Notes: a model not told the origin generated them from the sequence alone. 64,000 nt of DNA from Nitrospirota bacterium (GCA_963701855.1 CAVPBK010000006.1:928001-992000); one strand, 5' to 3'; shown: positions 49,404 through 60,271, counted from the first letter of the stretch. Translations and numbers: made by a program.

Positions 49404-52066
49404 ATCATTTCATCTTCAGGATGGCCTGGCGTGAAACCAGGGGTGCCTGGCGGCACTTTCTCTATTTCTTCGCCTGTATCGCGATCGGCGTGGGAGCCTT
49501 GGTCGGGGTGTCGCTCTTTGGCGCGAATATGGAGCAAGCTGTCACGAGAGAAGCGCGGGGATTGTTAGGCGGCGATCTTGAAATTCGCCTCACTCGCTCC
49601 CTGAGTTTCCCAGGACAGGCGGTGCTGAACTCGCTGAGCGAACGAGATATAGTTTTCACCCATGTGAGCGAGCTTGTCGCGATGGCCGCGCGCGCGGATC
49701 CCGGGTCCTTTATGACCCAATCGACCCAGATCATTGAATTGAAAGCGGTGGAATCGGCCTATCCTCTATACGGGGTGATCCGGCTCGACCCAGCCCAATC
49801 GCTTGATGTCCTGCTCCATCCGGATAAAAATCGCTGCGGCGGGCAATCCTGTTTTGGCGCGGTGGTGCAAGAGTCGCTGCTGATTCGGATGGGCCTCTCG
49901 GTCGGGGATCGTTTGAAGATCGGTCAAGCGATGTTTCTGATCACAGGAATCGTCAGAACCGAGCCGGATCGAATGGCCAATGCCTTCACCTTGGGTCCAC
50001 GGGTGATGGTTGCGCAGGAAGGATTACGGGCGGCGGAACTGATTAAGCCAGGAAGCCGGGTACGGGAACGGTATCTGCTGAAGATCGCCGCCGATATTCC
50101 GCTGGAGCCGCTACGCACCGAGCTGCGAGATCGGCTGGAGGCAGAGTCGGCGCGCGTATCCAGCTATCGCACGTCCCAGTCGCAGTTGAGGCAATTTCTC
50201 GAACAACTCTCCCGCTATCTCGGGCTGATCGGCCTCACCGCGCTGTTCATCGGCGGGCTGGGTGTCGGGACCTCGATTCATGCGTTCTTACGGGACAAGT
50301 TGCGGACGATCGCCATTTTGAAAGCAGTCGGCGCTGATTCTGCCACGGTCGTCTCAACTTATGTGGTGCAAGCGATCTTCTTGGGGTGTATTGGAAGCCT
50401 CGCCGGCATCTTGTTGGGAATTGCGCTTCAACGAGGACTGCCTCCCCTTGCGGCTGCTCTCTTTGCGTCAGACATTCTCGATCAGTTAGGCGTTTCCTCG
50501 GAATTGTCATGGTACTCGGTTTGGCCTTTGCTGAAAGGGGCAGCGCTGGGACTGTTGTCGACGCTGCTGTTTACCCTATGGCCACTGTTGAAGATTCGAG
50601 AGGTTCATCCAGGTGCGATCTTTCGGCGCGATGCAGAACAGGCGACGGTCGAGCAGGGAACTCCTCGGTCACGATGGTGGGTGAAATGGGGACTGACTGA
50701 TCCCTGGAATGTCGGCACGGCAGGAGGGATCATCCTCGGGCTCTGCGCTCTCTCGGTGTGGCAAGCCGGGTCATGGTCGATCGGCTTCTTGTTTATCGGG
50801 GCGATGTCCCTCGCCATCACGGTCCTCTTTGTCTGTGCGCGGGTGTTCCTGCGAGGGTTGACCTGGGTGCCGCTGCCTCGCGTCTTGAGCCTTCGATATG
50901 CCCTGGGTAATGTCGTACGGCCAGGGAGCCAGGCGACGGGGATCATGGTCGCCATCGGCATCGGCGTGATGGCTATTGTCACAGTGTCGCTGGTGGAACA
51001 GGCGTTGCTCCGACAAATACAGGAGAATCGGCCTGCGGATGCCCCGACCTTTTTCTTTATCGACATCCAGCCCGATCAAGCGAAGAAGTTTGTGTCGTTG
51101 GTCGATCGACAGACCGGCCAAGCACGTCCTGAGCTCATGCCGCTGGTGCGTTCACGGCTCCATGCGGTCAATGGACATGTCGTCACGGCAGAAGAAGGAA
51201 TGGAGAAGGACGACAAACGTACAGAAGGAAAAGAGGCGCGGGGCAAACAGTGGTATTTCACCAGAGAGTATGTCCTGACCTTTCTCGATCAGCTACCGAA
51301 AGACAATACGTTGGTCAAAGGAGAATGGTGGAAGCCTGGACAAGTCTTCTCGACTCCACAAGTTTCAGTGGAGGAAGATGCCGCCATGCATTTAGGTCTC
51401 GCGGTCGGCTCGACCGTGGAGTTCGATATTCAGGGAGCCACGGTGTCGGCGGAAGTGAGTAGTATTCGCAAAGTCGAGTGGGGAAATTTCTCGACGAATT
51501 TCTACATGATCTTGTCCCCGGGCTCGATAGAAGGGGCGCCCTTTACCTATGTGGCCACGGTACGGGTCTCGCCACAAGAAGAGCTGCCATTGCAGCAGGC
51601 AGTCGTCGCCTCATTTCCAAACATCAGCGCCATTCATATCGGCGACGTGCTCGAGGGGTTCGCGCGCGTGCTCGATCGTCTTTCGCTGGCGATCAGGGCC
51701 GTGGCCTTATTCTGTGTTGTGGCCGGAGGGCTGGTCATGGCGGCGGCACTCGCAGCGACACGCTACCGGCGTCTCTACGAGTCGGTCATTCTGAAATCGC
51801 TCGGCGCGACTCGTAGCTTGATTGCGCGCGCCTTTGCCATGGAGTATGTCCTGCTGGGCGCCGTCGCCGGGTTGATCGGACTGACCCTCGGGACTGTCTT
51901 GTCATGGATTCTAGTGCGATACGTGTTTGACCTTCCCTGGACCATACATCCACAGGTGCTTGGTATCGGCCTCCTTCTCACGATGTTGCTGACGCTGATC
52001 GTGGGGTTTGCCAGTACTTACCGAATTCTCGGCCAGCGGCCACTGGCTGTGCTCCGGCATGAATAG
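49400..52066 (+). CDS. ABC transporter permease (YbbP/FtsX-like)
   Basis: MAWRETRG, LLGGDL, EPDR, PTFFFIDIQPDQ, RKVEWGNFSTNF, ILKSLGA. Confidence 0.92.
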   Translation: MNHFIFRMAWRETRGAWRHFLYFFACIAIGVGALVGVSLFGANMEQAVTREARGLLGGDLEIRLTRSLSFPGQAVLNSLSERDIVFTHVSELVAMAARADPGSFMTQSTQIIELKAVESAYPLYGVIRLDPAQSLDVLLHPDKNRCGGQSCFGAVVQESLLIRMGLSVGDRLKIGQAMFLITGIVRTEPDRMANAFTLGPRVMVAQEGLRAAELIKPGSRVRERYLLKIAADIPLEPLRTELRDRLEAESARVSSYRTSQSQLRQFLEQLSRYLGLIGLTALFIGGLGVGTSIHAFLRDKLRTIAILKAVGADSATVVSTYVVQAIFLGCIGSLAGILLGIALQRGLPPLAAALFASDILDQLGVSSELSWYSVWPLLKGAALGLLSTLLFTLWPLLKIREVHPGAIFRRDAEQATVEQGTPRSRWWVKWGLTDPWNVGTAGGIILGLCALSVWQAGSWSIGFLFIGAMSLAITVLFVCARVFLRGLTWVPLPRVLSLRYALGNVVRPGSQATGIMVAIGIGVMAIVTVSLVEQALLRQIQENRPADAPTFFFIDIQPDQAKKFVSLVDRQTGQARPELMPLVRSRLHAVNGHVVTAEEGMEKDDKRTEGKEARGKQWYFTREYVLTFLDQLPKDNTLVKGEWWKPGQVFSTPQVSVEEDAAMHLGLAVGSTVEFDIQGATVSAEVSSIRKVEWGNFSTNFYMILSPGSIEGAPFTYVATVRVSPQEELPLQQAVVASFPNISAIHIGDVLEGFARVLDRLSLAIRAVALFCVVAGGLVMAAALAATRYRRLYESVILKSLGATRSLIARAFAMEYVLLGAVAGLIGLTLGTVLSWILVRYVFDLPWTIHPQVLGIGLLLTMLLTLIVGFASTYRILGQRPLAVLRHE

Positions 52067-52074
52067 GATGCCAT

Positions 52075-52140
52075 CAGCAAGATGCTGACAAAGCCGCTTT
52101 TCTCACCTTCCCACCCCTGATTGCGCCAAGACGCACCGAT
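52075..52140. repeat. Degenerate family-A repeat end
   Basis: GCAAGATGCTGACAAAGCCGCTTTTCTCACC resembles the reverse complement of 13200-13233. Confidence 0.45.
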
Positions 52141-52470
52141 TACATCGCAAAAGGCCCTCGCCCGGGCTATTGGCACGTCTCGGGAAATCGATTGCGAAGC
52201 AATCGGAGGGTAGGGTGGATGAGAATGTCGCGCACAGTGGAAAACAACCGGTCTGGTTGCTGAGAGGACTGAAAGGAGTAAAGAACCCCTCTCTTATGAG
52301 CAGCGCATCCTGGCAGGTCTTCGTGAATCAACTTTGAGTGGCAACGACAGCCTGCTCAATACATAGCATGATGTAGCGATATCTCCTCCAAGACGACAAG
52401 CCATCCTTCGGGGGCTTGAGGCGAATGAGCCACAGTCATAGCAGCTTCTCTCTACTCTGAATATCTCTTT

Positions 52471-55215
52471 TCACGACCATTTACCGGAAAGGCGGAGGTA
52501 CTGACGCAGCACAATTCCGTCTCGTTCCCACACATTTACACCAATCCGTAGCTGTTCTAAATACTGTTCCAATGTTTTCCCACCGAGATCGATTTTGCGT
52601 GTGGCGAAAAAGTCCCGCACGTCTCGTTCGAGTTCAGGTGTGGCGAGGCTGACGATCCCACCGCACATACGGCGTAGTCCTTGCTTGGGAAACAATTGGT
52701 CCATCTTCTCCCAGTTCGTTTTCAGAAAATCCCAGGCCAACTCTCTGCCATACACATTGCTCAGGATGGCACTGACGAGAAACGGCGCGTCCTGTGTGCG
52801 GATTTTCCCGCTGAGGGTGCGGCTGAGGGTGCGTTCGAGCAATGCCTTGGGTTGGAACGATGCGAGCGAGAAGAGATAGCGCCGTTCTTCTTGCGGGGTA
52901 GCGGCGGTGCGGAACTGCTCGTCAAATTCCTCGTACCTAGTCGCGTCACCCGTGTGCGCGAGGATCGCGACGAGCGAGGGCACGATATTGGGGTCAACGG
53001 CTGCCGGGTCATTGCGGTATGTCCGATACAGCTCAACTGCACGTCGTTGGATGGCCGGATCGTTGCCGAGTTTACCCTGTGCGCCAATCAGTTCACCCCG
53101 AAGTTGTTTCGTCAGCTCGCTCTCGCCGTTTTTTGGCTCCCAACCCAAGTCTGCTACGGCCGAACCGACCCGACCGCGTACGAACGCTTCGAACGCCGGA
53201 CGATCCTCCACGGTGATGATCCGGTTCAGGAAGGAAAAGGAGTCGAGTAATAGGGCCCAGACATTCCTGTCCCGATCCTCGGTGAAGCGGGTTGTCAGGT
53301 CGAGATAGTCCGTGAGGGGCATGAGGCCTGCGACGGTGATGGCCCAGGCGTCGTTGATAAGGTTAAACCGTTCGATGGCGGCGAGTCGGTCGATGCCGTT
53401 CAGTATCCGGTCGAGCAGATCCGGCGCATAGCGTACACGGTAGAAGCCATGGCCTCCCTCGTTGATCAGTATTGACTCCCAATCGTGAGGAAGCGGGATT
53501 GTCGTCTTCTTCTCCGTCAGCAACATGCGTGATGTACCGGCCTTGCCGCCTGCAATGACTCGCATCTGGAGCGGAATCTGCCATGTCTGGTCATGTGATG
53601 GACCGGACTGCTCGTCGCTCAAGTAACTGAACCGTTGTTGAGTGATTGTAAGTTCGGATGACGGACTCAAGTTGGCGGTTACGAGTGGGAACCCTGGTTG
53701 GAAAATCCAGCCGTCCATGAGTTCGGGCACCGGCTGTTTGGCGATCTTCCCCAGCGAAACCCAGAGATCGTTCGTGTCCGCGTTCCCATAAGCATGTGCG
53801 CGCAAGTAGTCGCGGACTCCGTCGCGGAAGACCGTCGGTCCGATGTGCTGCTCTAACATCCGGAGCACCGATGCGCCTTTTTCATAGGTTAGGACGTCGA
53901 ACATCGCGTCGGCATCCTTGGGAGCCTGCACCGGATATTCAATCGGTCTAGTGCTATGCAGTCCGTCTACGGAAAAGGCCGCAGCACGCGAGACGCCAAA
54001 ACTATCCCATCGTTTCCATTCCGGTTTCCAGGCGTCGACGGCCAGCATTTCCATGAAGGTGGCGAAGGCTTCGTTCAGCCAGAGCCCGTTCCACCAAGAC
54101 ATGGTCACTAAATCGCCGAACCACATGTGCGCATTTTCATGCGCGACCACATCGGCCACGCGCTCCAGTTCTCCATGCGTGGCGCTCTGCCGATCGACCA
54201 GCAAGGCCGTTTCACGGTAGGTAATGGCGCCCAGATTTTCCATGGCCCCTGAGGCAAAGTCTGGAATGGCGAGCAGATCGAGCTTGTCGCCTGGGTAGGG
54301 AATCCCATAATAGCGTTCAAAAAATGAAAGTGACGCCGCTGCAATGTCTTGACCAAATTTGGCCAGATGTTTTTTCCCAGGTATGGCCCACAAGCGAAGC
54401 GGGGTTTTGCCGATCATCACCGGTTCAGTCGGTTCGATCTGGCCCACAATGAATGCGACCAGGTAGGTGGACATCTTCATCGTATCGGCGAAACGGACCA
54501 CCTTTTTCCCGCTAACCAGCGTTTCAGCTGCGATCGCGCTGTTGGAGACCGCAATGAGCATTGGATCGACAACCAGCGTCGTGGCAAAGACGGCCTTGAA
54601 GTCCGGTTCATCCCAGCAGGGGAACGCCCGGCGGGCATCGGTGGCTTCGAACTGTGTCGCAGCCATATTGTGAACCGTTCCACGCTCGTCTTTGTAGGTG
54701 CTCCGGTAGAAACCGCGGAGCTTGTCGTTGAGCGTCCCGCAAAATGTCATCGCCAGCTTCCAAGTGCCAGGCGAGAGAGGATTGGTGAATATGAGATGGC
54801 AACGCTGGAGTGCTGCATCCAACGTAATCGTGGCCTGTCTTGCTGGGCCTGAATCTCCCTCAATCTTTGCCGAGATGATGTCGAGTTCAATGGCGTTGAG
54901 GACGATTTCAGAGGTTGGCTGGTGTACCTTGAGGGTGACGACTTCTTGTCCAGTAAAGCTTGAGGCAGGCAGGTCCGGTTCCAATCGTAAATCATAGCGA
55001 ATCGGGACCACATGCCTTGGAAGCCGATATGGATCGAGTGTGCCTGGAGAAAATGCCTGGTTCATATTTTCACCATTCGGTCGTTTGACAGCCGCTTGCA
55101 TGAAGGAACTGTTGAGGCACGAGCTGAGGAATGATGTAAGTGGAATGGTAAGGAGAAATAAGACATGCTTAATAAGCGCCTGTAGGGTCTGTCGCCTGCT
55201 GATGGGATTAGTCAT
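52471..55215 (-). CDS. M1-family aminopeptidase (ERAP1-like C-terminal domain)
   Basis: TQFEATDARRAFPCWDEP, GAMEN, HENAH...LNEAF, YEKGA. Start uncertain and may be ~40-50 codons downstream. Confidence 0.93.
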   Translation of the reverse strand: MTNPISRRQTLQALIKHVLFLLTIPLTSFLSSCLNSSFMQAAVKRPNGENMNQAFSPGTLDPYRLPRHVVPIRYDLRLEPDLPASSFTGQEVVTLKVHQPTSEIVLNAIELDIISAKIEGDSGPARQATITLDAALQRCHLIFTNPLSPGTWKLAMTFCGTLNDKLRGFYRSTYKDERGTVHNMAATQFEATDARRAFPCWDEPDFKAVFATTLVVDPMLIAVSNSAIAAETLVSGKKVVRFADTMKMSTYLVAFIVGQIEPTEPVMIGKTPLRLWAIPGKKHLAKFGQDIAAASLSFFERYYGIPYPGDKLDLLAIPDFASGAMENLGAITYRETALLVDRQSATHGELERVADVVAHENAHMWFGDLVTMSWWNGLWLNEAFATFMEMLAVDAWKPEWKRWDSFGVSRAAAFSVDGLHSTRPIEYPVQAPKDADAMFDVLTYEKGASVLRMLEQHIGPTVFRDGVRDYLRAHAYGNADTNDLWVSLGKIAKQPVPELMDGWIFQPGFPLVTANLSPSSELTITQQRFSYLSDEQSGPSHDQTWQIPLQMRVIAGGKAGTSRMLLTEKKTTIPLPHDWESILINEGGHGFYRVRYAPDLLDRILNGIDRLAAIERFNLINDAWAITVAGLMPLTDYLDLTTRFTEDRDRNVWALLLDSFSFLNRIITVEDRPAFEAFVRGRVGSAVADLGWEPKNGESELTKQLRGELIGAQGKLGNDPAIQRRAVELYRTYRNDPAAVDPNIVPSLVAILAHTGDATRYEEFDEQFRTAATPQEERRYLFSLASFQPKALLERTLSRTLSGKIRTQDAPFLVSAILSNVYGRELAWDFLKTNWEKMDQLFPKQGLRRMCGGIVSLATPELERDVRDFFATRKIDLGGKTLEQYLEQLRIGVNVWERDGIVLRQYLRLSGKWS

Positions 55216-55913
55216 GCCCTCGTCGCAGGGTACGACTCAACCCCGTTGGCGGTGCCTACGATGAGCAGGTCTGTTCGTCCGACAAAGAGGCCTGTCTCGA
55301 CGACTCCGGGAATCAGGTTCAAGGCAATCTCAAGTTCTCGTGGGTTGTCGATCCGTGGAAGATGGACATCCAGTATCACATGGCCTGCTTCCGTGTTGAA
55401 GGGTGATCCGTTCCGTTCCCTGAGCACCACGCGACTCTGCGTGAGGGCCTCAATTTTTCGCGCCGTACTTCCCCAGCCGAAAGGGATCACCTCGATGGGG
55501 AGCGGGAATGATCCCCCCAATGCGGGAACTCGTTTGGTATGGTCGACCAAGACGATGAACTGCTTGGCCGAAGCCGCGACAATCTTTTCCTTCAGGAGCG
55601 CGCCGCCTCCGCCCTTGATGAGATTGAAGCCTGGATCAACCTGATCTGCCCCGTCGATCGCGACATCGATCACCCAGGCATTATCGGCATCGATGAGGGT
55701 AATTCCTTGTTGCACTGCGAGCGTGGCCGTTTCCTTCGACGTGGACACTCCGCGAAGCCTCATTCCCGCACGGACTTTTTCCCCCAGCGCGATGATCATG
55801 TGCTTGGCCGTCGAGCCGGTTCCGAGGCCCACAACCATCCCATCACGGACAAATTTAACGGCTGTTAACGCCGCGGCCTTCTTCAGACTGTCGAGGTCCT
55901 GGTTGCTTATCAT
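55212..55913 (-). CDS. rpiA: Ribose-5-phosphate isomerase A
   Basis: GLGTGST, DGADQV, IKGGGGALLKEKIVA, PGVVETGLF. Confidence 0.97.
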   Translation of the reverse strand: MISNQDLDSLKKAAALTAVKFVRDGMVVGLGTGSTAKHMIIALGEKVRAGMRLRGVSTSKETATLAVQQGITLIDADNAWVIDVAIDGADQVDPGFNLIKGGGGALLKEKIVAASAKQFIVLVDHTKRVPALGGSFPLPIEVIPFGWGSTARKIEALTQSRVVLRERNGSPFNTEAGHVILDVHLPRIDNPRELEIALNLIPGVVETGLFVGRTDLLIVGTANGVESYPATRA

Positions 55914-56983
55914 GGTATGGGGGGCTGGGAGAGGGACGCGGCTATAGATGCGGCGCCAAGTAAGGCGGTCTGCTGATTAAGTACCACTTTCACCGGGATC
56001 GAACTCATCAAGCGAGTATAGCGACCTTTGTTGGTGAAGGCCTTCATGAATGTTCCGTCTTTCAGTTTGGCCAACAACTTCGGTGCGATGCCGCCGCCCA
56101 CATACACGCCGTTGAGTGCCATGGCCTTCAGGGCAAGATTACCGGCTTCGGCTCCATAGATGGAAGCGAACAAGTCGAGCGCCTGCTTGGCGATGTCTGC
56201 CTGTCCCTTGAGCCCAGCTTCTGCGATCACCGCAGCAGGGTTGCCGGCTTTGATTTGCTCCGAGAGCCATGTGGGCTCATTCTTCTTACTGTCCCGGACA
56301 TAGTCATAGATAGCATGCAGACCGGGGCCGGACAATACCCGCTCGTAACTCACATGCAGGTAGTTACCCCGCAGATAGCGTAGCAGTTCAATTTCGTTGT
56401 CATTGTTCGGTGCGAAGTCCGCATGCCCCCCTTCCGACGGCATCGGCTGATAGCGCGAACCATTCCAGAAGAGGATGGATTCGCCCAGTCCGGTTCCCGC
56501 TGCGATCAGGGCGAGCGCCTGGTTGTGCGGTGGAGGAGTTCCGGCGTTGAGGATTTCGACTTCGTCCGATCGGAGCAACAGAATCCCGTGGGCCATGGCT
56601 TCGAGATCGTTGAGCAGCTTCACTCTCGGTATGCCGAAATGTTTTGCCAGGGTTGCGCCATCAATCACCCATGGGAGATTGGTCGTATGGCAACGGTTCT
56701 GAATCACGGGACCGGCGACACCGAAACAGGCCGCGTCGATTGTCAGTGGTTTTTCCGCTTGGCGCTCCGGTTTCAGCTCGGCATCGTCCCCCTCCTCGAT
56801 TGCGAATTCGTCTATGGAGATTGGGGGCTTCGGTGGGACGAGAAATTCCGCGAGCATGTCCTCGAGCGAGGTGTAATCGGCGCTGTGGAATGTCTCCAAT
56901 CGGACGGGATCGACGCGATGCTTCCTCCAATCGAACAGGGCCAAGTGAGTTTTGGTGCCTCCGATATCTCCAGCAACGATCAT
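55910..56983 (-). CDS. glk: Glucokinase
   Basis: Start at ATG 56983 (GAGG RBS). GDIGGTKT, GVAGPV, LLNDLEA, GTGLG, SEGGH, ERVLSGPG, GGGIAPK. Confidence 0.95.
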   Translation of the reverse strand: MIVAGDIGGTKTHLALFDWRKHRVDPVRLETFHSADYTSLEDMLAEFLVPPKPPISIDEFAIEEGDDAELKPERQAEKPLTIDAACFGVAGPVIQNRCHTTNLPWVIDGATLAKHFGIPRVKLLNDLEAMAHGILLLRSDEVEILNAGTPPPHNQALALIAAGTGLGESILFWNGSRYQPMPSEGGHADFAPNNDNEIELLRYLRGNYLHVSYERVLSGPGLHAIYDYVRDSKKNEPTWLSEQIKAGNPAAVIAEAGLKGQADIAKQALDLFASIYGAEAGNLALKAMALNGVYVGGGIAPKLLAKLKDGTFMKAFTNKGRYTRLMSSIPVKVVLNQQTALLGAASIAASLSQPPIP

Positions 56984-57008
56984 CACGTCCTCTTGCGCCC
57001 GCACGTTG

Positions 57009-57699
57009 TTAATGTTTCGGATGCTCGGTTGCTGCAGCTCGGTCGAGGAACCAGTTGAGTCGGCCCTCCTCTGGCTCGACCAGCGCAGCCGAAAGTTGTC
57101 GTTCCGCCTCGGTCTTTGGATCGAGGATGGCTTTGCCGGCTCCCGCGACAAGAAACAATATCATAATCGCCCAGTTGATCACACCTAGAGTCATGGTCAG
57201 TCTGTTGGGTGGTTCTTTCGAAGATTGGGTTGCCGCAATCAGGCGTTGATGATCCCGTAAGATCGGTGTTCCGGGAAAGAGAGAGGCCGTGTGCCCGTAT
57301 TCGCCAGCCCCAAGAGGATGAGTTCAAGGGATGGCTGGGAGGATGATAAGGTCTTCGCGCAAGACGCAGCCGCTGTTCGTACTCAGAGACTGCTGCTTGT
57401 GGGTCACTGGGTTCCCCTACCATACGATAGACCTGCGAGGGCATAATATTTAGAGCAGCGATCAGGGTTTTATCGGCCAAGGCGTAGTTACTCCGAGTAT
57501 CATTCAGAGGGACGCAGAGTTCATCGCTGAACAATGGTGGCCTGGGACCAATCGAAGCAATCGGCGAAGGTGGGAGAGGCCAGCGTTCTGTAGAGGGTTT
57601 CCGGCGTCGTGCCGCCTGAGAGGGCAATGAGGAATCAACCATTCGCGCGAACGATCTCGTTGCCACCTCCAGTACAAACGCAGCTGCAGCTTCAGCCAC
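57009..57699 (-). pseudogene. pgl: 6-phosphogluconolactonase, degraded
   Basis: Fragments in different frames: FSDELCVPLNDTRSNYALA, DPQAAVSEYEQRL, MTLGVINWA..ILFLVAGAGKA and WFLDRAAA. Sits directly before glk. Confidence 0.75.
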
Positions 57700-57733
57700 T
57701 GTATGCCTGTCGCTCTAGAGGCGGGTGCCCCGC

Positions 57734-58882
57734 TCAGGTTTCTTCCTTTCGGTCATCGAACGTCGCTAAGGTCAGCGCCACCGAGTTCTGTTCATGTAGC
57801 GCGCCGACGATGGTGACCGGCGTCCCCTTCGCGACTCGGTCATAGAGAGGGGCCATTAGTGAATTGTCGAGCATGACGCACCCCAATGTTTGGGCCATCA
57901 GTTCGTTCTCAACCCCATGGATTTCGATTTGCCCCCCGATGGCTCTCGATGCTGGAATCTGCCCCGTCTTCTGCCCGAGTTGGTAGCGTCGCCGATCATC
58001 TTTGTTGGGATAGTCGAGAACCAAGGTCTGGTAAGATTGGGTCTGCCCCTGTCTACCCTTGCTGCTGATTCGATATCGGCCTTCCGGGGTGGCTCCGTCT
58101 TCCTGGTATTGCTTCTCCCGAATACCATTGAGCCCGAGACGGACAGGGTATGACAATACTTTTTGTCCGTTTTTGTAGAGAGTCAATACTCGATCTGCCT
58201 TGTTAATGACAATCGCCGAGGTTCGGTGGGTACGTGACCAGGTAATGGTATGCTTGGCCATCTCTTGCCACCGGCTGATTCGATCTCGATCAGCGTACCG
58301 CCCCAATTCGCTGTTCAACCAGGCCGCTTGCGTCGCCAGACTCTGCGTAGCTCGGTCTAATGCGTCGAGAGATCGATCGTACTGACCCTGTTCATAGAGC
58401 GAATGGGCTTGCTTCATAGATAGTTCGATTTCATCGAACCTCTGTCTCGGCAGGAGGCGACTATCGATGGCATTGACTTGCAGGGTCATCACCCGGAATC
58501 GATTCTCGACCCGGACGATCTTATCTTCGGCTGAGCGACGGAGCGATTCACGTTCCTTCGTGAGGCGGGCAACTGTGAGGGATCCTTCTGCTTGAAGCCG
58601 GCGAAGGGCGACTTCCAAGTCGTTGGGTTCCCACGGCCAACGGACCAGATCCTCATCGGCCTGGACACGAACTTTTAGGGCCATCCACTGGTGGGCGAAC
58701 TTGGTATAGTCGGTGGGCGAAAATTCAGCCGCCCGTAATTTCATCAGGTCTCGATCAGTATTTTCAATCGCTTCGACCACGTCTTGAGGCACGGCCTCCT
58801 CACAGCCGGAGACGGAGCCTACGAGTGCCACGGCTCCCCAGCCCAAGAGCATCCATGTTAGTCGTGGACAATGACTGGACAT
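57734..58882 (-). CDS. L,D-transpeptidase (YkuD) family protein, probable lipoprotein
   Basis: VSGC lipobox, coiled-coil N-terminal half, INKADRVL, DGATPEG, IEIHG...TLGC. Confidence 0.85.
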   Translation of the reverse strand: MSSHCPRLTWMLLGWGAVALVGSVSGCEEAVPQDVVEAIENTDRDLMKLRAAEFSPTDYTKFAHQWMALKVRVQADEDLVRWPWEPNDLEVALRRLQAEGSLTVARLTKERESLRRSAEDKIVRVENRFRVMTLQVNAIDSRLLPRQRFDEIELSMKQAHSLYEQGQYDRSLDALDRATQSLATQAAWLNSELGRYADRDRISRWQEMAKHTITWSRTHRTSAIVINKADRVLTLYKNGQKVLSYPVRLGLNGIREKQYQEDGATPEGRYRISSKGRQGQTQSYQTLVLDYPNKDDRRRYQLGQKTGQIPASRAIGGQIEIHGVENELMAQTLGCVMLDNSLMAPLYDRVAKGTPVTIVGALHEQNSVALTLATFDDRKEET

Positions 58883-59321
58883 ACAGCAAATCTACCGTAC
58901 TTCTTCTTGGATGCAGAGTGTTTTCCTTTTCCAATCTTTGCAATGCGCAAGGGTAATGCCAAGGATATCATGGAAAGGGCTAAGAATAAGCGACGCTGTT
59001 ACGACCGTATAAAGATTATGAGAGTACGAGAGGTTCACGAGATCTTGGGGCAGTCTAGTCTGTCAGCAACAAAAACGCCTCGATGCAAGGGGTTATCAAT
59101 GGACTATGACTGATTTCTCCTGGGGTTTAGCAGGCCAGGAATAACGATGTCGGCCTGCCTGAAATCCAATGATCCGCCTGTCTGGGACAAGCCCGGCCTG
59201 TCTGATTCATCTGGTTTGTTTAGTTCGTCTAGTTGGTCTTGTTTAACCAAGTAAACGAAACAAACCAAATAACAGTTTTCCTATGGGCAAGGAGACCGTT
59301 CCAAGATGAATAGCACGAAGT

Positions 59322-59350
59322 TTGACAGGGTATCAGCCCGTCCCTATAAT
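59322..59350 (+). promoter_or_regulatory. Consensus sigma70 promoter of rpmH
   Basis: TTGACA, 17-bp spacer, TATAAT (exact consensus). Confidence 0.85.
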
Positions 59351-59392
59351 GCCCAGGTCACTTGTGAGTCTTCTTAGGCAAGGAGCGATCGT

Positions 59393-59530
59393 ATGTCGTT
59401 TACATCTCAGCAGCCGTCGAACCTCAAGAGAAAACGTGAACATGGATTCCGTAAGCGGATGAGCACGAAGAACGGTCGGAAGGTCTTGGCTCGTCGCCGC
59501 GCCAAGGGACGAGCTCGCTTAACAGTATAG
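59393..59530 (+). CDS. rpmH: 50S ribosomal protein L34
   Basis: Below the ORF-track cutoff. [54 protein letters not shown]. Confidence 0.97.
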   Translation: MSFTSQQPSNLKRKREHGFRKRMSTKNGRKVLARRRAKGRARLTV

Positions 59531-59694
59531 ATTGAGCGACGCTGACTAGGGCTGCACGAAGGAATCTTTGCCCTCCGTTATGTGCCCCGGACAAGGTAGT
59601 TCCCATCACAGGGTGCCAGTGTGTGGTCATGGCCGAGTCCGTAGATCCGGGCTCGAAGAGGAAGTCCTGTGCAAGCTAGCCTTCTCCCAGGATA

Positions 59695-60057
59695 ATGACG
59701 ATGCCGCAGGGTGGAGGTGACAGGGATCTGTTCCTGAAACGTAGCCGCGACATCGAGTATGCCAAGCAGCATGGCCATCGTATCTCGACCGCCCTCTTTA
59801 ATGTAGTAATTTGCCGGACTGACATGAATGGCAGCCGGATCGGTATTGTGGTGGGAAAACGATTCGGTGGAGCCGTCAGCCGAAATCGGGTAAAGCGTCT
59901 GTTTCGGGAGCTCACGCGTCAACTACGCGGTCAATTGCTCCCTGGACATGCCCTGGTTGTCTTCCCCAAACGGGATTCGATTTCGCAACCCTTTGCTGTC
60001 TTGAAAGAGGTGTGGTTATCGATGCTTCAGCGCCAACGGCTGCTTCGTGCTATATGA
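59695..60057 (+). CDS. rnpA: Ribonuclease P protein component
   Basis: RIGIVVGKRFGGAVSRNRVKRLFRE (RNR motif). Lies after rpmH. Confidence 0.93.
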   Translation: MTMPQGGGDRDLFLKRSRDIEYAKQHGHRISTALFNVVICRTDMNGSRIGIVVGKRFGGAVSRNRVKRLFRELTRQLRGQLLPGHALVVFPKRDSISQPFAVLKEVWLSMLQRQRLLRAI

Positions 60058-60271
60058 GGACTAGTGTGTGCCAGAGGCGTCTGACTATGCTTGCCGGTTA
60101 CCCTATTGGATCTCGTCCCTCCTTAGGCCAACCTGTCATTCTGAAGCGACCTGCTCTGAGTATACGAGGGCCGCGATCAGTCGGTAGAGGGAGCCGGGTG
60201 GAAGCAAGCGTGTGCTCTGCCGTCTGTTGAAAAATTACCCGTTTCTGCCCGAGGGAATGGATTCTCTGTGA
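60054..60271 (+). pseudogene. yidD: Membrane protein insertion efficiency factor YidD, degraded
   Basis: ATGA overlap with rnpA, then a frameshift. YWISSLLRPTCHSEATCSEY...R*...RLLKNYPFLPEGMD, with an internal TAG at 60185. Confidence 0.75.

Noticed and set aside
56984..57151. N-terminal extension of glk, and the 238-aa ORF 56983-57699
   Set aside because: These are frames of the pgl pseudogene. glk has its own RBS and ATG at 56983.
58883..59392. Possible oriC upstream of rpmH
   Set aside because: No dnaA in the window and no cluster of TTATCCACA-like boxes seen by eye.
59531..59694. Possible ncRNA (SRP or RNase P RNA) between rpmH and rnpA
   Set aside because: No SRP helix-8 or RNase P consensus motif recognised.
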